From assembly GCA_965215565.1 (NCBI GenBank), contig CBDCDZ010000004.1:1888001-1952000 (forward strand): a stretch of 64,000 bases of DNA. Direction: 5' to 3'. Of this stretch, positions 1 to 13,988 are shown piece after piece. A program made the translations under genes and the position numbers. The notes below the pieces were generated by a model. It ran no database searches. It was not told the DNA's origin and worked only from the letters and a program-made list of their open reading frames with translations. This DNA comes from Trueperaceae bacterium. GTDB lineage: Bacteria > Deinococcota > Deinococci > Deinococcales > Trueperaceae. How positions within the stretch are numbered: position 1 is the first letter of the stretch; each line of letters starts with the position of its first letter.

Positions 1-745
1 AAGCATCTTCGCAGCCGAGCCTCTGAACCTCGTTCCAGAGGGCAGCTAAGTCGGTCATAGGATCGCTGCGCTGCGCCCGCTTGAAGTCCACCGAAGCGAT
101 GATGCGCGCTTGTGTGTCCGACCAGAGCACGTTATACGTGGTGGCGCTACCGTGACAGAGGGCGATAGGGGCGTCGGTGAGCAGCGGACGAGTGCGCTCG
201 AGCGCTCCGGTCAGCACCGCCGTGTCGATGGTGTCGTCATTGGTAGTCAAGGGTAGCAGACGCCGCCAAGCGGTCTCGAGGTGCGTCTCTAAACGCTCCC
301 CTCGCGCCTCCGGCAACGCCAAATCGCCCGCCCGCTCGAAGCGGATACGGTGAATTAGGCGCAGCGCGTGTCCCCAAGAGCGCACCGCTTGCTCGCGCTG
401 CGCCGCGTTAAGGCGGGGCCAAGCCTCAGCCAAGGTGGGCTCGGGCAAGTACTGTGTGAGGAGATATGGATACTCGAGCCGTGAACGGGTCGTGTCAGCG
501 CGAATAAGGGGGGGCGTTAAGTTGGGCAGAAGGCTGATCGCGGCGACGTAGCGCTCGACGCGGGGTTCTTGGTCGCGCTGATTGATCCATAAGACGTGTT
601 CTTCCCCGCTTGCCAGCAGCAGATAATAGGCAGCGTTGAGAGGGGTGGTCTCGAGTCGGTGCCACGCCAAAAGCGGCTCATCGATCACGCACGCCAGTCG
701 GTTGGGCGGTAACACGCTATGTGATGGCGCTACATCTGTAAGCAT
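1..745 (-). CDS. Aminoglycoside phosphotransferase (APH/choline kinase-like) family protein, 3' end runs off the window
   Basis: Hand translation from ATG at 745 (RBS-like AAAGGGAG upstream) is open to position 1. It contains ALCHGSATTYNVLW...ASVDF...DPMTDLA, the APH-type HGDxxxxN / DF / DP..DL layout. Confidence 0.65.
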   Translation of the reverse strand, partial: MLTDVAPSHSVLPPNRLACVIDEPLLAWHRLETTPLNAAYYLLLASGEEHVLWINQRDQEPRVERYVAAISLLPNLTPPLIRADTTRSRLEYPYLLTQYLPEPTLAEAWPRLNAAQREQAVRSWGHALRLIHRIRFERAGDLALPEARGERLETHLETAWRRLLPLTTNDDTIDTAVLTGALERTRPLLTDAPIALCHGSATTYNVLWSDTQARIIASVDFKRAQRSDPMTDLAALWNEVQRLGCEDA

Positions 746-1168
746 TGCTCCCTTTCTCTCGCTTGCCCCTTAATCTTATCTTAATTATTCTACACTATAC
801 ACGTGTTGAGATGCTGAGAAAGTAAAATAGCCGACGACCCAGCGAAGTCGACTTTGAGCCTCTAAGATTCACTTTTTACTCTGATCGCAGTGGTTTCTAC
901 AGCGTCATGCGACCTAGTAGTGAAGGCTCTGTCCTACACCACGACATTCGTCACCAGACGATCTTTAACAAATACACATGAATTTCATCAATGTACCTGA
1001 GATTACGTTATTGTGGATGCGCTTTCACACCGGAGCCGGAAGAACAATTCTCGGTATAACGGGAAAAGAAGTAAAGAACTTCGTCCGTTTTCCTCGTTCT
1101 ACCTACACATCTACCCCTTCTCACCTGCTCGAGCGCGCACGGCTACCGAAAAAGCGCTAGAGGAGCGA

Positions 1169-4728
<3,560 letters not shown>

Positions 4729-4732
<4 letters not shown>

Positions 4733-5253
4733 ATCCTCTTGACCTCGTCTTCGTTGTCGTTATCGCCGCCACTACGGTCTGCGCCGCGCAGCGCAAACTC
4801 GCCGGTCTGCTCGTCGGGCTAGGCGGCGTCCTCTTACTCAAGCCGCTGCTGCTCCTCGCGCAGTTCAGCCCTTTCGTCGGACTCACGCTCGCGCTCGCCT
4901 TCGGCTTAGCACTAGGCTTCGCAAGTCGCTACTTGCCCCCGCAGACGAAGCTACGTGCGCCGCTACGCACGCTCGCGGGCGGCGTCGGCGGCTTCGTGCT
5001 GGGTTGCACGCTCGTCCTCGCCGCGACGACCGCCTTACCTGTAACGAGAGACATCAACGACGCCATCGTCTATCCTCCCAGGGACGCGCCGCTGAGCGCC
5101 ACCTTGCAACGCTCACACCTCATCGGCTTGGGGCGTGATATTCTGCTCTATCCGCTCCTAGACCGTGAAGGTCTCATCTCACCGGAGCGGCGGGCGGTAC
5201 TGCGCTCTTTGCACGGCTTGCTCGTGGCGCGTCCCCCCTGGGAGCGAGGTTAG
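4729..5253 (+). CDS. Membrane protein, CvpA (colicin V production)-like
   Basis: Starts MNPLDLVFVVVI, has several hydrophobic helices and a GG..GF..G segment, and is translationally coupled to pheT. Confidence 0.5.
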
Positions 5254-5274
5254 TTGGCGTATCGAACTCGAGGA

Positions 5275-5580
5275 AGCGCAAGCCCTGAAGGGTTGCAAGC
5301 TCTTTAGGTGACGAGGTGGAGGGCTCTAGGTTTCGTTCGTTCGGTATTTCTCGGAGTGAATGTCACGCTAGAGATAGATGCAGGGAACGGTCTAGCGGTT
5401 ATAGGCTGAAACAGTGATCAACTAAGTTGGAATAGCGCAAGCATCATCTCTGAATGTATACGTGAGACTAGCGCTTCATCGGCTTAGACTGTTTCTGACC
5501 AGACGATACCTGCTACAAAACGCGAAATTAAGTCTGCGGGCCCCTCCTGAGACGAACCCCTCACTCGAGGCACTGGGTTC
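5275..5580 (+). ncRNA. glmS ribozyme (GlcN6P-activated), core interrupted by a ~195-nt insertion
   Basis: AGCGCA (5275), P1 stem 5284-5292/5300-5308, TGACGAGG (5309-5316), P2 5' TGGAGGG. The matching 3' half GTCTGCGGG-CCCCTCC is at 5532-5547. Candidate P3 5548-5551/5560-5563 and P3.1 GAACCC/GGGTTC. Located upstream of glmS. Confidence 0.75.
5437..5515 (+). repeat. ~76-bp hairpin repeat family, copy 1 (inside the glmS ribozyme)
   Basis: GCAAGCATCATC...GACGATACCTGCTA, with the upstream flank TTGGAATAGC shared with the copies at 22418 and 60029. Confidence 0.7.
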
Positions 5581-5831
5581 ACCCCGAACGACAAAAAGTA
5601 AAAAAGACGACGGCGCTGAAAGGTTAAGCGTCACGGAGCGCCGCCTGTTGTCAGGTCTACACTTGAGGCGTAGGTTTGCCTATCGTTGGTAACTGTCAAC
5701 TGACGATTCAAGCTCCTCCATAGTGAGTTTGCAGGGCCGGAGCACGAACGAACCGTGGTCCTCAACCGCTAAAGCTGCCTCAATCCTGCAGATTTGGGCA
5801 GGAAATATTTAGAGCTATAAGGGTTGAGCGA

Positions 5832-5906
5832 AGTAGGTATCATCACCCCATAGGGTGCGACACGCTTCAACCCCCACGACTAGCTCGAACGAGATGATAC
5901 CTACTA
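5832..5906 (+). repeat. ~76-bp hairpin repeat family, copy 2 (abuts the glmS RBS)
   Basis: Perfect 13-bp inverted repeat AGTAGGTATCATC / GATGATACCTACT. Confidence 0.75.
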
Positions 5907-5919
5907 TTAAGGAGTTTCT

Positions 5920-7755
5920 ATGTGCGGCATTGTGGGTTACGTTGGGCACCGCCAAGCAACCGAGGTGATCATGGACGGGCTGAGGAGGCTCGAGTACCGC
6001 GGCTACGACTCAGCCGGTGTGGTGGTATCACCGCGCGGCAGCAGCGACGCGCACCTCAACCACCTCGACATGGTGAAAAAGGCGGGCAAGCTTAAAAATC
6101 TGGAGGAAGCCCTCGAAACGCGCCCCCTCAAAGGAACACTAGGGTTAGGTCACACCCGCTGGGCGACGCACGGCAGACCCAATGACACGAACGCGCACCC
6201 GCACCTCTCCGAAGACGGTAAGCTCGCGGTGATTCATAACGGCATCATTGAAAACTACGTGCCGCTCAGGGAGAGGCTCATCGAGCAGGGACACGTCTTC
6301 GTGTCAGAGACCGACACCGAAGTGATGGTCCACCTCATCGAAGAGTACTACGAGGGCGACCTAGTCGCCGCCGTGCGCACGGCGCTGAGCCAAGTCACGG
6401 GCGCTTACGCGCTCGTCGTCTCGCACGCCGAGCACGACCTCATCGTGGCGGCGCGGGCGACGAGTCCAATGGTCCTGGGGCTCGGCGAGGGGGAGAACTT
6501 CGTCGCGAGTGACGTGCCTGCGCTGCTCCCCTACACAAGAGAAGTAGTCTTTTTGCACGACGGCGACATGGCGCTCATCGGCGAAGACGGTTTCACCGTT
6601 ACAAATTTCGCTGGCGAGACCCTGGAACGCGAAGTCTCTACCGTCGACTGGGACGCGGAGGCGGCTGAGAAAGCGGGCTTCGAACACTATATGCTCAAAG
6701 AGATTTACGAGCAGCCTACCGTGCTGCAAAATACCTTTGGCAGCCGCTTCGCCGCGAACGGCACCGATGTGCAGCTAGACCTCAATCTCGATCCACTCGC
6801 TTTTGACCGCGTCGTCATTACAGCGGCGGGCACCGCGTACTACTCGGGCATGGTCGGCGAATACCTCATCGAGAAGCTCGCCCGCTTACCTGTGGACGTC
6901 GAAATCGCCAGCGAGTTTCGCTACCGCGAACCTGTTTTAGACGAGCGAACCCTCTGCATCGTTGTCTCGCAGTCGGGCGAAACCATCGACACATTAGAGG
7001 CGCTCCGCGAGGCGCAGCGTCAGGGTGCTAAGTCTCTAGCCGTACTCAACGTTAAAGGGTCATCCATCAGCCGCGAGGTTGACGACACGCTCTATATTCA
7101 CGCCGGACCCGAGATCGGCGTGGCGAGTACAAAGGCGTATACCGCAATGATCGCCGCGTTTGAACTCGTCGCGATCTGGTTAGGACGCGCGCGCGGCACG
7201 CTGAATGATGCGGACGCTGCTGCGCTCATCCACGCGCTACGTCAGACACCGGGATTGCTCGAGGACGCCTTAGAGGAGCGCGAGCACATCGCCCAAGTAG
7301 CCGAGAGATTCAAGGGGCATAGCGACTATCTCTTCTTAGGACGCAGCATCAACTTTCCTACTGCCTTAGAGGGAGCCCTCAAGCTCAAAGAAATCTCCTA
7401 CATCCACGCCGAAGCTTACGCGACGGGCGAAATGAAGCATGGTCCGATTGCGCTTATTGATAGCGCAATGCCCGTTGTCGCCGTTGCAACAGCTTCCGCA
7501 CTTTACGAAAAAACGATCTCCAACTTGCAAGAGGTCAAAGCTAGAGACGGTATCGTTATCGCCCTCGCCAACCCTAACGACACGCAAATTGGGGCGCACG
7601 CCGACGTTGTCATCCGCGCGCCGCAAACCCACGAACTCGTCTCACCACTCATAAACGTTGTCGCGATGCAGCTCCTCGCTTATGAAACAGCCGCGCGACT
7701 GGGTCGCGATGTCGATCAGCCACGTAATTTAGCAAAATCGGTAACTGTCGAATAG
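5920..7755 (+). CDS. glmS: Glutamine--fructose-6-phosphate aminotransferase
   Basis: MCGIVG N-terminus, GHTRWATHG, SQSGET, and C-terminal DQPRNLAKSVTVE. Confidence 0.99.
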   Translation: MCGIVGYVGHRQATEVIMDGLRRLEYRGYDSAGVVVSPRGSSDAHLNHLDMVKKAGKLKNLEEALETRPLKGTLGLGHTRWATHGRPNDTNAHPHLSEDGKLAVIHNGIIENYVPLRERLIEQGHVFVSETDTEVMVHLIEEYYEGDLVAAVRTALSQVTGAYALVVSHAEHDLIVAARATSPMVLGLGEGENFVASDVPALLPYTREVVFLHDGDMALIGEDGFTVTNFAGETLEREVSTVDWDAEAAEKAGFEHYMLKEIYEQPTVLQNTFGSRFAANGTDVQLDLNLDPLAFDRVVITAAGTAYYSGMVGEYLIEKLARLPVDVEIASEFRYREPVLDERTLCIVVSQSGETIDTLEALREAQRQGAKSLAVLNVKGSSISREVDDTLYIHAGPEIGVASTKAYTAMIAAFELVAIWLGRARGTLNDADAAALIHALRQTPGLLEDALEEREHIAQVAERFKGHSDYLFLGRSINFPTALEGALKLKEISYIHAEAYATGEMKHGPIALIDSAMPVVAVATASALYEKTISNLQEVKARDGIVIALANPNDTQIGAHADVVIRAPQTHELVSPLINVVAMQLLAYETAARLGRDVDQPRNLAKSVTVE

Positions 7756-7780
7756 TAGACTTGTTGTGCAACAAAAATAT

Positions 7781-7847
7781 TGTGGAGAAATAAAAAAGTT
7801 CTGGACTAATAAAAAAGTCCTAGACTTTGGCGAGAAAGTTCTGGACT
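7781..7847 (+). mobile_element. Tn7-like right end at attTn7
   Basis: Terminal TGTGGAGA begins 25 bp after the glmS stop. Three 19-bp TnsB-site-like repeats: 7789-7807 AATAAAAAAGTTCTGGACT, 7808-7826 AATAAAAAAGTCCTAGACT, 7829-7847 GGCGAGAAAGTTCTGGACT. The 5-bp flank is AATAT. Confidence 0.9.
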
Positions 7848-7929
7848 TTTGCTCTTGAGTCTCTTAGAATAGATTAGAGCAGCTACTCGTTACAGTAGCG
7901 ACATCTCCGACATCGACTGCGAAGCAAAC

Positions 7930-7962
7930 TGAGCGAGCCTAAGCTCGCTCAATTCTTTGTTT
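7930..7962 (+). terminator. Terminator-like hairpin upstream of tnsA
   Basis: TGAGCGAGC-ctaa-GCTCGCTCA followed by a T-rich tract. Confidence 0.45.
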
Positions 7963-7973
7963 TGAGGAGTCGT

Positions 7974-8522
7974 ATGGCAAGGCGCAACCGAGGTCTCGCC
8001 AAGCAAGCTATCCAAAGACGTTGGAAAGAGGGACGAGGTCAAGGCGAAGGCGAATTCTACCAACCTTGGCTCACCGTTCGCGACGTCCCTTCGCGGGGCC
8101 AGTCCAACCGTCCCTTGGGTTGGAAGACGAAACGGATTCATCACCTCCTGAGTCTGAACGAATTGCGCTACTTCTACCTGCTCGAGTGGGCAACACAGGT
8201 CGCCGACATCCGCGAGCAGTACCCGCTGTGGCCTTTGGAGGAGACTCAGCGCATCGCCGCCGAACTCGGTTTCAAGCACCCCGCCCCGCCAGGCGGCGAT
8301 TACATGATCATGACCTCCGACTTCCTCATCGTCCTGGACGATAGGCGCTGGGTCGTGCGCACTGTCAAGGAAGCAAGTGAACTTGACAATGAGCGGGTCT
8401 TGCAGAAGCTCGAGATCGAGCGGGTGTACTGGCTCGAGTGGGGCGTGGACTGGGGTATCGTCATCGCTGAGGATATTCCGCTGGACTTGGTCGCTAACAT
8501 CCAGTGGTTGCACCCGCACTGA
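7974..8522 (+). pseudogene. tnsA: TnsA endonuclease, C-terminally truncated
   Basis: GRGQGEGEFYQPWLTVRDVPSRG, HHLLSLNE, DIREQYPL, MTSDFL and KLEIERVYW motifs. GAGGAG RBS before ATG 7974. It ends abruptly where TnsB-like sequence begins in another frame. Confidence 0.88.
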
Positions 8523-10098
8523 GCGCGTGTTGTACATGAGTAGCGAAGCCGACGCGGTCGTCGTCATTGAGGTTAAAGACAAGGGTCGCGCCCAACCTGT
8601 GTGGCTCGAGCTGTCCGGTCTCCGAGCTGAACTTGATGGTGGCAATGTCCATGTGCTCAGACACGACCCCTGGCTCGCCCTGCCGCGCGATGAGAAAGAA
8701 TTGATCCAGGCAGAGCGTGAAGGGCGGGACCGCGCCTGGAATATACTCGAGCCCATCGTCCAAGCCGGGACGGACATGTACGACCGCAAGGTGCGTGGTC
8801 GGCTCATCGCGCAAGTGGTCGAGAGCGGACTCGCAGTGAAAGAAACTGTCTACACCCTCCTCTACCGCTACTGGAAGGGCGGGCAGACCCTCCATGCGCT
8901 GATCCCGCGCTACGAGAAGTCCGGCGGTTACAGCCAGGACCGCACGAAGGACGTCGACCACAGCAAGCGGCGCGGTCACCCCACGCTCGTTAAAAAGGTG
9001 ACTGGGCGAGTCATGGGCATCAATGTCGACGAGGACGTCCGCAAGAAGCTCGTGAAGATCGGCGAAGAGTTCTTTGAGAGCGACGAGGGGCTGACCGAGG
9101 AAGAAGCGTTCCGGCGGGGGCTCAGCAAGTACTTCCGTGATGGCTACGATGTCCTGCCGAACGGCGTCCGAGTCCCTATCCTCCTGCCCGACGACCAGCT
9201 CCCTACTCTGGCGCAGTTCAAGTACTGGTACGGCAAAGCCAAAGACCCCGACCGCGCCCTTCGCAAGCGCGAAGGCGAGCGTGCCTATTACCTCAAGCAC
9301 CGTCCCATGCGCGGCGACTCCTCCGCCACCGCCGACCGACCGGGAGCCGTCTACTAAGTGGACGCGACCATCGGCGACGTTTATCTGGTGTCCTCACGCG
9401 ACCCGCGCCTCATCATCGGGCGTCCCGTCGTTTACGTCGTCATCGACCAGTTCAGCCGCCTCGTCGTCGGCTTCACGGTGGGGCTCGAGGGTCCGAGCTG
9501 GATGGCCGCCGTCTTAGCGTTTGAAAATGTTGCGACGGACAAGGTCACTTTCTGCCGTTCGCTCGACATATCCATCACCCCCGATGTCTGGCCGGTGGAG
9601 CACTTCCCGGAGTCCGTATTGGGAGACGGCGGCGAGCTGAAGAGCACTTATTCGGACGCTTTGGCGGAAGGGTTCGGCGTCAACGCCGCGAACACGCCGC
9701 CCTACCGCGCGGACTGGAAGGCCATCGTCGAGCGGCACTTCGGGCTGACGAACAAGCGCGTCCTCCACTGGCTGCCTGCCGCGGTGCGCCGGACCGTGCG
9801 CGGCGACAAGGACTACCGTCTGGAGAGCGCCCTCACCCTCACCGACCTGCGCAAAATCCTCGCCCTCTGCTTCGTCGAGCACAACCAATATGCGCTCATC
9901 AAGGACTACCCGAAAGACCCCGATATGGTGCGGTCGCGGGTGCGGACCAACCCGCTGGAGCTGTGGCACTGGGGCATCGAGCACCGCAGTGGCGCGCTCA
10001 GATACTTCGCCCCCGAGGTGGTGCGCCGCAAGCTGCTGCCGAACGCGAAGGCGACCATGACCCCGCGTGGCCTGCGCTACGGCGGCCAGTACTACGAG
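8517..10098 (+). pseudogene. tnsB: TnsB DDE transposase, start lost, internal nonsense codon, C-terminus lost
   Basis: LYRYWKGGQ, PTLAQFKYWY, then in-frame TAA at 9355-9357 within Y*VDAT (normally YQIDAT), followed by IGRPVVY..ID..SR, DGGE and KAIVERHF. It switches into tnsC sequence after GGQYY. Confidence 0.88.
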
Positions 10099-11583
10099 GT
10101 ACGCCGTCTCCGAGAACGACACCTGGCGCGACAACCCCCTCATCGAGGCGCTGCCCGGCATCCTGACGGACGACGAGTTCGCGCGGGCGGTCCGCTTCTT
10201 CCCGCCGCAGAGCCCGGAGCTGCGCGGGTACCCCAAACACCTGCGGCTCATGTACATCCAGCGTGCCTTGCAGTTCTTCACACCGATGGAGAACCATCTG
10301 CTGTTGCAGCAGCGGGTAGCCCGCGTTATCCGCGACGGCTACGTCGCTCGTAATCCGGTTAAGGACCTCGGCTGGAACCGCCTCCACCGGCAGCTCGACG
10401 AGCTGGCAGAAAAGCTCAAGTACGGCGTCGCGCCCCACGAGCCGCCTTCGGCGCTGGGCTTCTCCCTCATCGGCATCGGCGGCATCGGCAAGACCATCGG
10501 GATGAACGCCATTATGCGGACCTACCCGCAGATGCTCATCCACCGCTCTTACACGGATAGTACGGGGCGCGAGCACCTCCTCACGCGCTCGCAGATCGTG
10601 TTCCTCAAGCTCGACTGCCCGAACGACGGGACGCTCAAGTCGCTGTGCCTGAACTTCTTCCAGGCGGTGGACCGCATGACCGGCTGCACGCGCTACTATT
10701 GCGATTACGGCTTCAAGGGCAGCAAGCAGCGCACCGCCCGCCACGGAGATGCTGCCCGACATGGCCCGCGTCGCCGCCTTGCAGTCCATCGGGCTCTTGA
10801 TCATCGACGAGATTCAGTACCTCAGCAAGCAGAAGAGCGGCGGGCAGGAGCAGATGCTCCACTGGTTCACCGAACTGGTCAATACTATCAAGCTGCCCGT
10901 CATCCCTGATCGGCACGCCACGCGCCGAGGAGATTCTCAACGCCGCCTTCTGGCAGATGCGCCGCAACGCGGGGCAGGGCGAGAGCGACTGGAAGCCCAT
11001 GATGCAGGGCGGGGAGTGGCACCGCTTCTTGCGTTCCCTGTGGCGCTACCAGTTCGTTAAGAAGCCTTTAGAACTCGAAACCGGCGTAGACGCCAGGGGC
11101 AATCAAATGAAGTGGGTCCCGCAGGACCTGAACGACGCCCTCTACGAGGAATCGCAGGGCATCGCCGACTTCGCTGTGAAGATGTTCATGATCGCCCAGG
11201 AGCGTGCCATCAACACCGGGCTGGAGCAGCTCACCCCGGACCTCGTCCGAGTCGTCGCGGCGGACGCGTTCGGCAAGGCGCGGGAGATCATCCAGGCGAT
11301 CAGGACCAACGACCCGAAGATACTCGCCAAGGTGGACGATGTGAAATTCGACGCCGAACGCGCCCGCGAGGAGGTGAACAAAAAGAAGAAACCTGTCCCT
11401 ACCCATTCACCTCAAGCGCCTGCCAATCACGCTGCGTCGCCCGCGCCTCTACGCTCCGAAGACGCAGCGCTGACCCCGGTGCTGACCACGCTGGCCGAGA
11501 ACACCCTCACGCGCGGCGTGAGTGGCGGCGAGGCGCTGAGCGAGGCGGGTCACGTCCGCTCCCCGCTCGAGTTCGGGGTGTAG
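10099..11583 (+). pseudogene. tnsC: TnsC AAA+ ATPase, N-terminus lost, two frameshifts (~10740, ~10905)
   Basis: NPLIEALP, Walker A GIGGIGKT, LKLDCP.DG, Walker B LIIDEIQ and LYEESQGI are spread over three ORF-track frames. Confidence 0.88.
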
Positions 11584-11584
11584 C

Positions 11585-13151
11585 GTGCTCACCTTCTTCC
11601 CGTCTTCCTACGAAGACGAGCTACTTTATAGCCTCCTCGCCCGCTACGCTCGGCTGACCGGCTACAGCAACCTCAAAACGAACCTAAACGACCTGTTCAG
11701 GCGCACGACGGTAACAGCGGTCGCCGACCTGCCGACCCACCTCGGCGCACTCGCCGAACGACTAGCTCCTCTCGGCGGGCTGAGCGCTGATGAGATGATC
11801 GACTGCTACACCTTGTTCCCCTACTACGCCGCCTTCCAGCCCCTAGAACGCCGCCGGAGGGTCCGAGAGGCGATGCGAGGGGATGGCTACCCACACGGGC
11901 TCCTTGGGCTCATGGCGGCGCGGGGTCCTGCCCTGACTGAACGCTTTGCGCTACTGCCCGGTCTGCGCAAGCGGGGAGCGCAAACACTACGAGGAAGCCT
12001 ACTGGCACCGCTCGCATCAGCTTCCCGGCGTGCTCGCTTGTGAGGCTCACGGGACTTGGCTGGAAGAGAGCGAGGTCGTGCTGCCCGCGCCGGTGACGCG
12101 CCACGCCTTCGTCGCGGCGGAGACGGCGGTCCCGTATGACGGGTTCGCCAGGCGGCTGTCACCGGCGCAAAACGGACCGCTCATTCTCGACCTGACACGA
12201 CGTGCCCAGGCCTTAGTGACAGGCTCGAGCCCCGAATTCGATCTGACCGCTCTGCGCTCACGCTACATGAACGCCCTCGCCGAGCGGAAGCTGGCGACGT
12301 ACAGCGGTCGTCTGCGCCTCGAGGCGTTGCGGCAAGACATCGCGACGTTCCTGCCTGAGAACTTGCGTGACCGGCTGGGCGTGCCCCCTGTCGAAAGCTG
12401 GCTGCTGCGGCTCCTCCGTAAGCCCCGCACGGCGGCACATTCCCTACATCACCTGCTTTTGCAAATCTTCTTAGACACCGACCACGACGTACTAGAAACG
12501 CCCATCCGGTTCTTCGGGAAGGGCCCCTGGCCCTGCCTCAACCGCGCCGCCTCGCACTACGGCGAACGACGTGCGGTGCGCAAGCAAGCTGCGGCGCTCG
12601 GTTTGCCCTACGAACGTCCGGGCAGTCGGGCGGAGAACGCAAAAACGTCGGAGAAAGTTCGCTCCAAACCTGAGGAGGTTGCCTTCGCAGAGCGGCGAGC
12701 GGCGTGCCGGAGTACCTGGCTCGAGATGAAGCACAAGCGCCCCAACGCCTCGACCAAGGACCTACGCGCGGACCTGCCTGGCGTCTATATCTGGCTGTAC
12801 CGCAACGATAAAGCCTGGCTCGACGAGAATAAGCCCACGCGCCGTGTGCCTCGAGCGAGCGCCCCCCGCGTCGACTGGGCGCGGCGAGACGCCGACCTCG
12901 CCCGCCTCTTACGCAGGGCAGCCCGACAGGTGCTCGCGGAGGCGAAACCTGTACGTGTGACGCGCGGTCGGCTTGGGCGCATGATCGGTCATGCGGGGAT
13001 GCTGGATAAGAACCTGGACAAGCTGCCGATTTGCAAAGCGGCGTTGGACAAACTCACAGAGTCTCGCGAAGCGTTCGCGGTGAGGCGCATTCGCTCGGCG
13101 TCCTCCCGCTTGCACGAGTCCGGCAGGCAGGTCCCGCGCTGGCAGTTCGTG
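11585..13151 (+). pseudogene. tnsD: TnsD/TniQ target-selector, frameshift ~11940, internal deletion ~12565, truncated
   Basis: FFPSSYEDELLYSLLARY, TLFPYY, zinc-finger RYCPVC...YWHRSHQLPGVLACEAH, GPWPCLN, YIWLYRNDKAWL and RVDWARRD. Confidence 0.85.
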
Positions 13152-13529
13152 GGGTGCCCACTTCAACTTCGGTCCGAGCCGCCTTAAACGACCACTTCGT
13201 TTTGTGAGGATTTGGAATACGTGCCAGTCCGCTCGGTTCATAACGTCAAAGACTTGCTCTATAAAGGCATCTGGTATGTCTCTGTGAAACAGGTCGGACA
13301 TCGAGTTGACGAAAATGCGCCTCGGCTTGCGCCAGCGTAGCGGTTTCTCAAGACGTTCCTGCCAGAGCTTGAGGTCGAAGCCCTATTCGTAAGGGTGATT
13401 AGGTACACCTCGGAAGCGCTCGGCAAAGCGGAGGGCGTAGCAGTGGTCGCAGCCGGGGCTGACCTGGGTGCAACCTGTGGTTGGGTTCCAGGTGGCGTCG
13501 GTCCATTCGATTGAAGAGTTGATGCTCAT
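13149..13529 (-). pseudogene. DUF5131 (phage Gp37/Gp68-like radical SAM) protein, 5' fragment
   Basis: [32 protein letters not shown]...IFVNSMSDLFH...FQILTKR. In-frame TAG at 13385-13383, and fused tail-to-tail to tnsD. Confidence 0.85.
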
Positions 13530-13987
13530 TGAGTGCTACCTGAAAATATGTGCGTCAACTCATCCGGAAAGATTACTTCTGCACGACTACAAAAGTGGTT
13601 TTTGTCAAACGTAGGATGTTGATTTAGCATCTTTAGCTCAGCATCTTCGCATGATAGGAGCGGAAGATTTATCAGGTCTAAGTCGTTCTGCCTGCTATGC
13701 CTACGAAGAGAACCGTTTTTATGGCTCAGCTCAAAGGCAAAATGTATCATTTGTGCGTCCTCGAATCCTGCGTAGACAATAGGCGGATAGCAAATCGCAG
13801 AGAAGCCGTTAACCTCTGCGAGTGCCTGTATAAAAGTCGGAACTACAGCTTTGAACATGTATTTTTGATTTCTTGGTCCTCGCTTCAAATACCAATCAAG
13901 TGTATTTTGCCACTCCTCACTATCGTTTCAGTCTCGCCATCCTTCTAAGTAGTCTTTTATCTGATTTTTGATAGTATTCCTAACCTC
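13526..13987 (-). pseudogene. Low-GC gene fragment translationally coupled to DUF5131, cut by IS4
   Basis: ATGA overlap with the DUF5131 start. The frame continues up to the IS end with one in-frame TGA. AT-rich. Confidence 0.45.
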
Positions 13988-13988
13988 A

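Noticed and set aside
7789..7847. Short direct repeats as a mini CRISPR array
   Set aside because: The repeats are contiguous without spacers and follow a TGT terminus, so they fit TnsB binding sites.
7890..11406. Long minus-strand ORFs over the tns genes and similar antisense ORFs elsewhere
   Set aside because: These are shadow frames of GC-rich coding sequence with no motifs.
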